IMG/VR virus record: IMGVR_UViG_3300028392_000072
Coordinates: 1-59,175 of that record
Direction: 5' to 3' (one strand)
Length of the DNA stretch: 59,175 nucleotides
Source of the DNA: a virus
Lineage: Duplodnaviria; Caudoviricetes
The position numbers and the translations under genes were made by a program. This document shows, piece after piece, positions 31,634 through 40,983 of the stretch. The first letter of the stretch is position 1. Each line of letters starts with the position of its first letter. Below the pieces are notes generated by a model. The model was given only the letters and a program-made list of their open reading frames with translations, was not told the origin of the DNA and made no database searches.

Positions 31634-33769
31634 TTACTTGTCGTCTTTTTTCTTAGGAGATTTTTTCTTAACAACTTTAGTTTCGTGAGGAGTGATTTGA
31701 ACAATCATCTTCTCTTCTTCTTTGTTGTAACTTAAAGAAAGTTTAGATCCTTTATCAGGATTACTTTGGATAATTTCTTCAGTTAAAACATCTTCAACTA
31801 ATCTTTGAATTGCTCTTTTCAAAGGTCTTGCTCCATATTCTGGGTCAAATCCTTCAGATGCGATATAATCAACAGCTTCTGGTGTGATGTCTAAAGTGTA
31901 TTCCATTTCTTCAACACGGGTTACTAACTTTTCTAACTCAATTTCAATAATTTTGTTAATGTCTTCTTTTACAAGAGAGTTAAACATTACAACATCATCA
32001 ATACGGTTTAAGAATTCTGGTGCGAATTTCTTTTTTAATTCCTTATCAATAACAGCATTTGACTCTTCTTGTCCTTTACTTTCTCTATTCTTAGTAGAGA
32101 AACCAACACCAGTTCCAAAGTCTTTTAACTGACGAGAACCTGTATTAGAAGTCATAATGATGATAGAGTTTTTGAAATTAACTTTTCTACCCAATGAATC
32201 TGTTAATTGACCATCATCTAAAACTTGAAGTAATAGATTAAATACCTCAGGATGAGCCTTCTCAATTTCATCAAGAAGAATAACTGAATAAGGTTTGCGT
32301 CTAACTTTTTCAGTTAATTGACCACCTTCATCATGTCCAACATATCCTGGAGGAGCTCCAATTAAACGAGACACTGCAAATTTCTCCATATACTCAGACA
32401 TATCAATTCTAATTAAAGAATCTTCTGAATCAAATAGATACTTAGCAAGTACCTTAGCCAATTGTGTTTTACCTACACCTGTTGGTCCTAAGAACATAAA
32501 TGAACCAATTGGTTTGTTTGGATCTTTCAAACCAACACGACCTCTTTGAATTGCTTTAACAATCTTTTTAACAGCCTCATCTTGACCAATTACTTTACCA
32601 ATGATAGACTCTTGCATTTTACCTAACTTATTAGTTTCATTAAGAGTTACTTTTTGTAAAGGAATACCAGTCATCATAGAAACAACTTCAGCAACATTAT
32701 CTTCTGTAACAGTTTGTCTGTTTTTAGAAGAGTCTTCTTCCCAAATTTTTCTAGCAGATTCTAAAGACTCATTTAATTGTCTCTCAACATCTCTTAGTTT
32801 AGCAGCTTCTTCATACTTTTGAGAACGAATTACTTCATTCTTTTTATCCTTGATATCTACAATTTTATTTTCAATATCAGTGATTTCTTTAGGAACTACA
32901 ATGTTTGAGATATGAACACGAGACCCAGCCTCATCTAAAGCGTCAATAGCTTTATCTGGAAGGAATCTATCATTCATATAACGAGAAGTTAAATCAACGC
33001 AAGCTTTGATTGCTTCTTCAGTATAAGTAACATTGTGATGTGACTCATACTTATCCTTAATGTTAGAAATGATTTGTAAAGTTTCTTCTGGAGAAGCTGG
33101 TTCAACCATAACCTTTTGAAATCTTCTTTCCAAGGCTCCATCTTTTTCAATGTGTTTACGGTATTCATCCAAAGTAGTAGCACCAATGATTTGAATTTCA
33201 CCTCTTGCTAAAGCGGGTTTGAACATATTAGAAGCATCTAATGATCCAGATGCACCACCAGCACCAATCATAGTATGAATCTCATCAATGAAAAGAATTA
33301 CATTTGGTTCTTTTTCAAGTTCACTCATTAAAGCCTTAACTCTTTCTTCAAATTGACCACGGTATTTAGTACCAGCAACCATTGAAGCTAAGTCCAACAT
33401 TACAACTCTTTTGTTAAAAAGAAGTCTACTTACTTTTCTTTGGATGATACGAAGTGCTAATCCTTCAGCAATTGAAGACTTACCCACACCTGGCTCACCA
33501 ATTAAAATTGGGTTATTTTTCTTTCTACGAGAAAGAATTTGAGAAACTCTTTCAATTTCTTTTTCTCTACCAACAATAGGGTCTAGTTTTCCCTCTTCAG
33601 CCATTTTAGTTAAGTCACGGCTATAAGTATCTAAAACCGGAGTTTTAGACTTACTGTCTGGTTTTTTAGAACTAAAAGATTTATCTTCGTCCTCATCATC
33701 TTCTAATGATGCTTTAACATCGGGAAGATTTTTTAGGTATTCACTACCATCTAATTTCTTATTCATCAT
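31634..33769 (-). CDS. clpC: ClpC-type AAA+ unfoldase lacking the N-terminal Clp repeat domain
   Basis: GEPGVGKS and GPTGVGKT Walker A, KYRG pore loop, UVR-like YEEAAKLRD, GAPPGYVG, VGF loop. Confidence 0.9.
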   Translation of the reverse strand: MMNKKLDGSEYLKNLPDVKASLEDDEDEDKSFSSKKPDSKSKTPVLDTYSRDLTKMAEEGKLDPIVGREKEIERVSQILSRRKKNNPILIGEPGVGKSSIAEGLALRIIQRKVSRLLFNKRVVMLDLASMVAGTKYRGQFEERVKALMSELEKEPNVILFIDEIHTMIGAGGASGSLDASNMFKPALARGEIQIIGATTLDEYRKHIEKDGALERRFQKVMVEPASPEETLQIISNIKDKYESHHNVTYTEEAIKACVDLTSRYMNDRFLPDKAIDALDEAGSRVHISNIVVPKEITDIENKIVDIKDKKNEVIRSQKYEEAAKLRDVERQLNESLESARKIWEEDSSKNRQTVTEDNVAEVVSMMTGIPLQKVTLNETNKLGKMQESIIGKVIGQDEAVKKIVKAIQRGRVGLKDPNKPIGSFMFLGPTGVGKTQLAKVLAKYLFDSEDSLIRIDMSEYMEKFAVSRLIGAPPGYVGHDEGGQLTEKVRRKPYSVILLDEIEKAHPEVFNLLLQVLDDGQLTDSLGRKVNFKNSIIIMTSNTGSRQLKDFGTGVGFSTKNRESKGQEESNAVIDKELKKKFAPEFLNRIDDVVMFNSLVKEDINKIIEIELEKLVTRVEEMEYTLDITPEAVDYIASEGFDPEYGARPLKRAIQRLVEDVLTEEIIQSNPDKGSKLSLSYNKEEEKMIVQITPHETKVVKKKSPKKKDDK

Positions 33770-33789
33770 AGTTACATTAATTATTTATT

Positions 33790-34167
33790 TTATATTGTTT
33801 TATTTTCAGAAGTTTTGTTATTTAACAACTCATCTATTATTTCTTCTCTTCTTTCTTGTATATTTACAGGATTAAAAATATCAGATTTAATAGTTAGATT
33901 CATATTTGAATCAAAATCAACATCAATAGATTTAATTAAAGAACCTGGTGCTACAAATTTAATACTACTCATAGTAAAAGAACTATGATTTTCATACAGA
34001 TTTGTGAAGTATTTTAAATAATTAGTATTTTTATTTATATCAAGTGATATATAAGTTGTTGTATGAGATCCAATAGAAAGTTGAACTGTTACATCAACAA
34101 CATCAAATACATCATTATCTATTTTTACCCAAATAATATTTTCTTTATGTGGTGGTGTATATCTCAT
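33790..34167 (-). CDS. hypothetical protein with RxxxIxxLL tail
   Basis: ERREEIIDELL near C-terminus. Confidence 0.6.
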   Translation of the reverse strand: MRYTPPHKENIIWVKIDNDVFDVVDVTVQLSIGSHTTTYISLDINKNTNYLKYFTNLYENHSSFTMSSIKFVAPGSLIKSIDVDFDSNMNLTIKSDIFNPVNIQERREEIIDELLNNKTSENKTI

Positions 34168-34754
34168 TATGCTAATCTAAAGTTTTTTAAGAAGTCTCTC
34201 AAGAAAACATTCTTTTCACCTCCAATAATTTTAACCCAGGATTGATAAACCTTTTGGTCTTCCTTACTATTTGATTCTTTAATTCTTCTAGTAATTGGAT
34301 ATGCTTTACCATCACCTATAATTAAATCACCATAGTTCTCTATAACCCAGTCTTCGAAGTCTGGATATTTTTTCTTATTAAAAACTCGTTCATCAACAAT
34401 AAAAACAATAGCAGATAACATATCATTTAAATCCGGTTCGTAAAAGGTAGCAATCTCAATACCATTTTGTTCCAATAAAACTAAATTTGATTCCATTGAA
34501 CCAACAAATGCTTCATCGGTTTGATGATATCTATTTATAGAGTGATTACTAATTCCACCATTTAGTATAATAAATGTTTTCCAGTTATCAGCCCAATCAT
34601 TATACTGAGTATTTAGTGATTGGTTATGTTCACCAAGATACTTCATTTTTTGACCATATTCAACTACAGCATGTCCAAATTGTATTCCAATTTGTATACC
34701 ACTTAATTGATAAGGAGTTAGCCCATACATTCTTAATTCTAATTTATTGCTCAT
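34167..34754 (-). CDS. peptidyl-tRNA hydrolase 2-like protein
   Basis: GIQFGHA, IILNGG, FYEPDLN; start moved to MSNKLELRMY. Confidence 0.6.
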   Translation of the reverse strand: MSNKLELRMYGLTPYQLSGIQIGIQFGHAVVEYGQKMKYLGEHNQSLNTQYNDWADNWKTFIILNGGISNHSINRYHQTDEAFVGSMESNLVLLEQNGIEIATFYEPDLNDMLSAIVFIVDERVFNKKKYPDFEDWVIENYGDLIIGDGKAYPITRRIKESNSKEDQKVYQSWVKIIGGEKNVFLRDFLKNFRLA

Positions 34755-34764
34755 ATTTTTTATA

Positions 34765-35253
34765 TTAAATTTTATTAGATAGATTTCTATTACTGAATTG
34801 TTTAAAATCTGTAACTTCCATAAGAAGTTTATCTTTAATAAAATCAGGTATATTAACTTTGAATGACTTTTTAGGAATTTCAATTTCAGCAACTATCAAA
34901 TGGTGACCACTATTAAACATATCAACTTCCCACTTAAGATCATCATCAGGATAAATCCATCTTTCTTTTGAAATAAATTTAGCATCTTCTCCAGGAGTAT
35001 TACATCTTTTAGTGAAGAATTCATATTCTTCTTTTGTAAGATTATGCTCATCTTCAATATTAATACCTTTTGCTACAGACTTTTTAATAGTATGTATCCA
35101 AGATACTCCATTAATATTAGAATCCCAAGACCTGGCTCTTTCCCAGACACCTTTTGAGTTTTTCCAATACCATTGGTCAATTTTAACAATTTCAGATGGT
35201 GTCTTATCAGGCATTGCCTTTAGTAAGAATTTTCGTTCGATTTCTAGTTTCAT
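34765..35253 (-). CDS. CYTH-domain phosphatase
   Basis: EIERKFL, KER, WEVDMF, VAEIE, SN. Confidence 0.85.
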   Translation of the reverse strand: MKLEIERKFLLKAMPDKTPSEIVKIDQWYWKNSKGVWERARSWDSNINGVSWIHTIKKSVAKGINIEDEHNLTKEEYEFFTKRCNTPGEDAKFISKERWIYPDDDLKWEVDMFNSGHHLIVAEIEIPKKSFKVNIPDFIKDKLLMEVTDFKQFSNRNLSNKI

Positions 35254-35714
35254 TTATTGTCTATATCTTTTTTAATGTATCTTTCTACTTTTTCAAAATA
35301 AAGTGATACGGTTAGTAACCCAATAGTTAAGAGAATAGGTGATATAATAAAGCCCATACCACAAAGTATACCAATTGCTGAAATGGTCCAAATAAAAGCG
35401 GCTGATGTCATGCCAACAATTCTATCATCATGTTTCATAATAACTCCACCTCCTAAGAATCCAATTCCAGTAACTATAGTTGATAAAATTCTTGTTGGGT
35501 CAGATATATTGTAGTATTTAGAACATAAGAAAGAAACAATTGTAAATATTGCAGAACCTACGCAAATTAAGACATTGGTTCTTAAACCAGCGACTTTATT
35601 TTTACGCTCTCTTTCCCATCCGATGATGGAACCACAGATTGTTGCGACAATAATTTTTGGAAAAATGTATTTTAGAACTTCTAGTTCTTGGGTTAGTTCA
35701 AATAGGTCTTTCAT
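35250..35714 (-). CDS. MgtC/SapB family membrane protein
   Basis: IGWERE, AGLRT, DPTRI, GIGFLGGG. Confidence 0.9.
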   Translation of the reverse strand: MKDLFELTQELEVLKYIFPKIIVATICGSIIGWERERKNKVAGLRTNVLICVGSAIFTIVSFLCSKYYNISDPTRILSTIVTGIGFLGGGVIMKHDDRIVGMTSAAFIWTISAIGILCGMGFIISPILLTIGLLTVSLYFEKVERYIKKDIDNK

Positions 35715-35734
35715 CTTAATATTATTTTAATATA

Positions 35735-35766
35735 CAAATATAAGCAAAAAGTTTATTTAAAACAAA
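35735..35766 (-). promoter_or_regulatory. Bacteroidota-type sigma promoter (representative copy)
   Basis: minus strand TTTG-N~19-TATATTTG; similar copies near 40340, 45340, 52145, 57035, 59055. Confidence 0.7.
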
Positions 35767-35791
35767 AAACTCACTAAATTAGTGAGTTTTT
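35764..35791 (-). terminator. terminator of the RNA operon
   Basis: AAAAACTCACT-AAATT-AGTGAGTTTTT. Confidence 0.75.
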
Positions 35792-35797
35792 ATTTTG

Positions 35798-35897
35798 TAG
35801 CCCGTATTGGATTCGAACCAATATCTATCAACCGAAAAGTTGACCGTCCTAATCAGATAAATCTGATTCTCTTGCGAGTCCTGTAGACTAACGGGCC
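35798..35897 (-). tRNA. tRNA-Glu-like; 8-nt anticodon loop CUUUUCGG; two hairpins inserted in the D-loop
   Basis: GGCCCGT/ACGGGCT acceptor, GTCT..GGAC D-stem, ATTGG-TTCGAAT-CCAAT T-arm. Confidence 0.75.
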
Positions 35898-35976
35898 ATG
35901 TGCGTGACTTTGAGGTAGTCACACTGTCAATGACAGACCCTCCTCTCGGAGTAAGTTAACCACTACGAAAACTTAG

Positions 35977-36052
35977 TAGTCAGTATTGGATTCGAACCAA
36001 TGTTTGATATCTGAATAGATATCCGTCCTGAATGCCGCTAGACGAACTGACC
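35977..36052 (-). tRNA. tRNA-Glu-like; 8-nt anticodon loop CUAUUCAG
   Basis: GGTCAGT/ACTGACT acceptor, GTCTAGCGG..AGGAC D-arm, GATAT/ATATC stem, canonical T-arm. Confidence 0.75.
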
Positions 36053-36060
36053 ATAAAAAA

Positions 36061-36908
36061 AAGGACTGAGATTACATCCTTATACGACAAGTCTTTGTTT
36101 GGATTATGTGTTCCCAAATCTATCCACCATCTTTTGGATGGTATCCTGTCAATACCGGTTAGTTAGACTAACCACTCCTTGAGTCACTGATCACTCTCCC
36201 TCTACTCTACTTATCCAACCCTCGCAGGCTAGTTCGGGATTCGACTCCCTATAAGCTTTTCGATGAAATCACACCAGTCTTTCGGACTTATGTGGCCAAG
36301 AACAACTCTTGACTAAGTAGGTACCTTTCATCAGTAACTAGATAACACTTTCGATTTGAGTTTAGTTTTGAATTAAATTTCAAATTTTAGTGCCGTAGAT
36401 TTATGTCGAAGTAGTGGTTATCTCTTAGTTTTCAAAGCTTTTGACCTCAAAAATTCTAGACTACTCCGTGTGATGCCTCCATCACAACTCTTTAAGATAT
36501 CTTCACTAGACCCTACCTTAGCAGGTCACCGACTTGGTAGTCAGTTTAGTGTTCATTAACAGCACCACCTGTACAATGAATTGTCTTTCGACTTTGAGAT
36601 ACCTCTCAAGTTGAAACTCGCAATGATGATAACTGGTTGGTCACCACTTCTCGCAAAATTCCTACGGATTATTCCTATTCTTCTTCCGAAGTCAACTAGA
36701 CAATCTACACTTACCTAGTCACTAAACCATTTCATCTACAGTGTTACCCTCGATTACTAAGGAATAGTGGTATTCCGTTTGCTTACCCGAGCTCAACCTT
36801 TCGGTCAAGCCGCAAACACATTTAGCATTTGTGATCACTTTATCCTCCTTTCAGAGATTATTTATGGACTATAAGCCGCCCCACTTACTCTAATGACCGA
36901 GGTCATTA
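36061..36908 (-). ncRNA. large structured ncRNA (~850 nt), GOLLD-like
   Basis: no ORF >=60 aa; visibly GC-richer than flanks; many GNRA/UUCG hairpins; ends AAGGATGTAATCTCAGTCCTT + U-tract; flanked by tRNAs; family assignment from memory. Confidence 0.6.
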
Positions 36909-36920
36909 TTTCTGTAATTT

Positions 36921-36937
36921 CAATATGTTAAAGAACT
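36921..36937 (-). promoter_or_regulatory. boxA-like antitermination element
   Basis: minus strand AGTTCTTTAACATATTG; second copy AGTTCATTGAAATAATT at ~37281-37297. Confidence 0.55.
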
Positions 36938-36961
36938 ATTTTTATAGTTTTGTTTTTAATT

Positions 36962-37090
36962 TTGTTTTACAAAGATAAATAATTTATTTTAATCTACCAA
37001 ATATTTTTGTAAAAACTAATTTCTTTATTTTATACTCTCTATTTCAATTTTGTTTTACAAAAGTAGATAATTTATTTTAATCTACCTAAT
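36962..37090 (-). promoter_or_regulatory. tandem duplicated Bacteroidota-type promoters for the large RNA
   Basis: two copies of GGTAGATTAAAATAAATTAT(T/C)TA(TC/CT)TTTGTAAAACAAA. Confidence 0.7.
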
Positions 37091-37193
37091 TTATTTTTAA
37101 TTACTTTCTACCCCTCACACCTAACACCCTCTCGGAATGGTTTGTGTATAAAGACCTTAACATCTTTATCTTATAGTCGAGTAGGTAAACTCG

Positions 37194-37266
37194 TAGCGGG
37201 GACAGGATTCGAACCTGTGATCTTTGGGTTATGAGCCCAACGAGTTGACCACTTCTCTACCCCGCA
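37194..37266 (-). tRNA. tRNA-fMet (CAT)
   Basis: 1:72 mismatch; TTGGG-CTCATAA-CCCAA with three G-C pairs. Confidence 0.9.
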
Positions 37267-37391
37267 ATATGTTTTATAATAATTATTTCAATGAACTAAA
37301 ATCATTTCTGATTTCTTTATACAAATGTAAGGAGGATTTTTAATCTCACCAAATTTTTTGTAAAATTTCTATAAAAAAATAAAAGGAAGTT

Positions 37392-39323
37392 TTAAATAGT
37401 ATCTAAATAATCTAATAAATTTTCTAATAAATTATCAGCTCTGTCAAAGAACTCTTTATTCTTATTAAATGTTTTATTAGCATCATAATAATTCATTCCC
37501 TTATTAGTATAAAAAGCTTCTACTAAATTATCAGGAACAAAAATACCAGAGTATTTTAATTGTAATATAAAAGGTGTTAAAACACTTTTTGGATCAATTG
37601 AGAATGGATCATGCATTACATCATTATAAGATTCAGGTAATTCTTTACCCTCATAATCATCAGCACCATCATCACCATGTGTATAGAAAGCCGCAACTTT
37701 TCCTTCTAAATGATTTCTTAACATATCATCATGTTTTCCAGAACGAGCAAACTTACCAGTTATTTCAGAATTTTTAATATTACCATCACCCATTAATTTT
37801 TTAGCATCTTCAATAGTTAAAGTAAGATTGGTACAAACTAAACGGTCAAATAATAATTTAATTTGAGAAGAAAGTGAATGCCAGTGAATAGGAGAAACTA
37901 TAATAAAAGCATCACATTCTTGTAATAAATTATAAACATCTAATTCTTTTAATAAATCTGGTTTTTCTTTATCACCTTTGAAATAACATGAACAATTATG
38001 TATTTTTATACCCTCACAGTTAAATTCATTTGAATTAGATACTTCAATATCATAAACCGGCTTTAGTCCAATTTCTCTAATGGATTTAACTTTTGAATAT
38101 TCATGCTTTAAGTCTCTTCTTTTAAGATTAAAATAATTATCTAATTTATTTCTTTTCTTTATATTTAAAAGTTTTATATTATCATGTATTATTTTAACAG
38201 AATATTGGTCTGATATAGTAAGTGAGGAAGTTCTTTGGTGTTTTTTACCTCTAACTACTATCTCTTTATGACTAATGTCAGATATATTAGACTTTATACC
38301 CACTCTTGATAACAGTAACTGAGCATCTCTTAGACAATTATAACTTGTGTTATATAAAATAATACCGCTTTTCGTAATACAGCCATCAGTTGATATCCAT
38401 CCATTAAAAAAGTTAAATATATCGGAGTTTGATTTGAAAACATCTATACTCAGTCTTCTATTTTTAGCACTTGTTTTAGGTAAAATACTAATCATTCTTT
38501 TACCTATTTTAGTTCCAAAATTTATTTTAATCATCTCTGTTGTATAATTATCATATAAATCGCTAATCTTATATGAATGGTCTATTTTATGGTCAATTAT
38601 AGATATTATTTCACTTCCTAGTTTATCTTTAATTTCCTCTATAAACTCAAATTCCTTTTTATCAACATATAATAATGGTGTATTATTTGCAAATGTTCCA
38701 TCTCCCCATATCAATCCATAAATTAGAAACTCATTTTGTAAAAAGTCATCTTTGAAAATAAAATCTGTTTCTATATAAGGTATATTATCACCAACTTTTA
38801 TATACTTTAGTTCAACCCATTCTTCTTTTCTAAAGAACTTCCAATTAGATTCCTTTGTTCTATATCTTTCCGTTGATAGAACTTTTATTTTATGATCATT
38901 TGTTATCTCCAGTTTTCTACCATCAGTTAGTTTTAACTCATATATTTTTTCAGACTCGGATGTCTTCATGTGATTTAAAACAACATTACCATCTTGTAAT
39001 ATATCACCTATTTTAATATTTTGAATCTCTATAAATCCATCTTTTGTATGCACTCTCTGGTCATAAGCAACACATTTAAAATGGCAGTGATATCCACCAG
39101 CAGTTGATATACATCCTTTACATGGTTGAATGGTAGGTCTCTTAGATTGATTAACAGCAAGATCAATAATTTTGAAATTAACAAATGGTGACCATTTTTC
39201 AACCATATGTTCTACAACACCGTGTGTTTTGGAATCCATACCAGAACAGGTTTCTTTATCTCTTGGTGATCCTTGGAATATTAAAACTTTTGGCTTTTTA
39301 TCTCCTAATTTTCTTACTTTCAT
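37392..39323 (-). CDS. iron-sulfur flavoprotein / NADPH-dependent FMN reductase family, intein-containing
   Basis: FQGSPR, PCKGC..HCHFK|CSC, SPIHW, LFDRL. Confidence 0.8.
   Translation of the reverse strand: MKVRKLGDKKPKVLIFQGSPRDKETCSGMDSKTHGVVEHMVEKWSPFVNFKIIDLAVNQSKRPTIQPCKGCISTAGGYHCHFKCVAYDQRVHTKDGFIEIQNIKIGDILQDGNVVLNHMKTSESEKIYELKLTDGRKLEITNDHKIKVLSTERYRTKESNWKFFRKEEWVELKYIKVGDNIPYIETDFIFKDDFLQNEFLIYGLIWGDGTFANNTPLLYVDKKEFEFIEEIKDKLGSEIISIIDHKIDHSYKISDLYDNYTTEMIKINFGTKIGKRMISILPKTSAKNRRLSIDVFKSNSDIFNFFNGWISTDGCITKSGIILYNTSYNCLRDAQLLLSRVGIKSNISDISHKEIVVRGKKHQRTSSLTISDQYSVKIIHDNIKLLNIKKRNKLDNYFNLKRRDLKHEYSKVKSIREIGLKPVYDIEVSNSNEFNCEGIKIHNCSCYFKGDKEKPDLLKELDVYNLLQECDAFIIVSPIHWHSLSSQIKLLFDRLVCTNLTLTIEDAKKLMGDGNIKNSEITGKFARSGKHDDMLRNHLEGKVAAFYTHGDDGADDYEGKELPESYNDVMHDPFSIDPKSVLTPFILQLKYSGIFVPDNLVEAFYTNKGMNYYDANKTFNKNKEFFDRADNLLENLLDYLDTI
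37995..39074 (-). mobile_element. intein (360 aa) with LAGLIDADG endonuclease
   Basis: starts CVAYDQRV; block B TNDH; YGLIWGDG and GWISTDG; VYDIEV; ends HN followed by Cys. Confidence 0.9.
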
Positions 39324-39352
39324 AAGAGTATATATAAAATTAAAAACCCAGA

Positions 39353-39640
39353 CTAATCATCTGAGTTTAATATTCTATTTATTTTTATATCTCTTTTAAA
39401 TTCGGTTTTAGTTAAATCAATAGTTAAAGTACCATCTACAAACTTACCGATATTTGGAATAAACCCATCATGTATTTTATAGACTTCTGTTTTATATTGA
39501 ACATAAGCTACTGCAAATGGTTCATTTATAGTAACTTCTAAAATTTTGATATCTTTAATCCTATAAAATAGACCAAAGTCACTACTCATTTTTAGATGAT
39601 TCTTAGTATATTCAATTAATTCTTCTTTAGTTACTAACAT
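39353..39640 (-). CDS. hypothetical protein with RDxKIxxIL tail
   Basis: ends FKRDIKINRILNSDD. Confidence 0.65.
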   Translation of the reverse strand: MLVTKEELIEYTKNHLKMSSDFGLFYRIKDIKILEVTINEPFAVAYVQYKTEVYKIHDGFIPNIGKFVDGTLTIDLTKTEFKRDIKINRILNSDD

Positions 39641-39962
39641 CTTCTAAAGTTTCACCAACAAATATAATATCTTTTTCATTGAGAAGTGATTCTAACTTAT
39701 CTTTATCAATTGAATAGATAAAAAATCTATCATTAGAGTATTTACCATAAAATAGAAATTCATCATCCATTAAATCTAATGAATAAAGACGACAATTATC
39801 ATCTAACCCATAATCTTCATTATTAACTGATTTTTTCCAAGAGAGAATTCCATTGAACTCCTCATTTGTTTTTCTGTTTATGTATTTGAAGGTGTAAAAA
39901 TCATCTAGTTCTTTTACCACCCAACATCCATAAAAATCTTTGTCAAAATAGACTTTATTCAT
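39627..39962 (-). CDS. hypothetical protein
   Basis: 111-aa ORF in operon. Confidence 0.6.
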   Translation of the reverse strand: MNKVYFDKDFYGCWVVKELDDFYTFKYINRKTNEEFNGILSWKKSVNNEDYGLDDNCRLYSLDLMDDEFLFYGKYSNDRFFIYSIDKDKLESLLNEKDIIFVGETLEDVSN

Positions 39963-39963
39963 T

Positions 39964-40320
39964 TTATAAATAATTTTTTATTTCTTTTACAAGAAAATCT
40001 TCAATTTCCTTGGTCAATTCAACTTCCCATTCATCCACAGTTAAAGACTTTACTTCTACATCAACATCAGTAATATCTATATCCGTGTATGAAGGAGTCC
40101 AATAATCACCTGGATCATGCTCAACTCTACCATCAACAGTAAGTTCAAAATCAACAACAACTTCGACACCATCACAATTAAAAACCATAAATTGATCATT
40201 GCTTGTAAATCCACCATTTTCATAAATCTTTTCAGTCCAATCGGATGATTTTACATAATCACCATCTTGTAATTTAAGATTATTTAGCTTCAAAGAGTAT
40301 GTTGTATCTAAATTGTTCAT
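39964..40320 (-). CDS. acidic hypothetical protein
   Basis: 118-aa ORF behind host-type promoter; DPGDYWTP. Confidence 0.65.
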   Translation of the reverse strand: MNNLDTTYSLKLNNLKLQDGDYVKSSDWTEKIYENGGFTSNDQFMVFNCDGVEVVVDFELTVDGRVEHDPGDYWTPSYTDIDITDVDVEVKSLTVDEWEVELTKEIEDFLVKEIKNYL

Positions 40321-40368
40321 ATATATCTTATATTTAAGACAAATATAATATAAATGTTCTTAAATACC

Positions 40369-40398
40369 AAAAAATCCAAGATTAATCTTGGATTTTTT
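40369..40398 (-). terminator. intrinsic terminator
   Basis: AAAAAATCCAAG-ATTAAT-CTTGGATTTTTT. Confidence 0.75.
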
Positions 40399-40399
40399 A

Positions 40400-40906
40400 T
40401 TAAATTGATATTACTTTATCAAAACCTTCTTCTGGAGTAACTGGTTGATATGATGAAATCATACTTTTAATAACATGAATTGGAATATCTTTATTTTCTT
40501 CCTCAATTCTTTTCTTATTTCTTCTTTCATATTCATCTTCTGATAAAATTGGAAAGATAACCGCTAACTTATAGTAATCATTAGAGAAATAATTTAAATT
40601 ATGTTTTCTACGTTTAGAAGCCATATGAGTCATATCAATAATAACATTTTTCTTTTGTAGGTTAGCATCAACAAGTCTTTCATGTAGAATTCTATCTACT
40701 TCTTTTTGATCGACATTTTTAAATGCTTCTGTATAGTTTTTTGAACCATATACTTCCATAACAATATCATCACGACTAATTACATTAGTTGTTGGGAAAT
40801 TTTGTTTAATCCAAGTTGTTTTACCCGAAGCCGGAGGGCCGATTAGAACAATAACAAATGGTTCTTTAATATCAGTATTAAACTGATTAAACTTTTTTAT
40901 TTTCAT
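40400..40906 (-). CDS. P-loop kinase (AAA_33 / PNK-kinase-like)
   Basis: GPPASGKTT, SRDD, IIDMT, RNKKR. Confidence 0.8.
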   Translation of the reverse strand: MKIKKFNQFNTDIKEPFVIVLIGPPASGKTTWIKQNFPTTNVISRDDIVMEVYGSKNYTEAFKNVDQKEVDRILHERLVDANLQKKNVIIDMTHMASKRRKHNLNYFSNDYYKLAVIFPILSEDEYERRNKKRIEEENKDIPIHVIKSMISSYQPVTPEEGFDKVISI

Positions 40907-40983
40907 TAAAGTAAATTATTTTTTTAATATACAAATATACTAAATCTATTTATTAAAAACTAAATTTTAATATATAGATTTAT

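Noticed and set aside
36061-36908. Large RNA as rRNA, RNase P, tmRNA or intron
   Set aside because: No RNase P GAGGAAAGTCC core, no tmRNA tRNA-like ends, no rRNA signature and no interrupted host gene seen.
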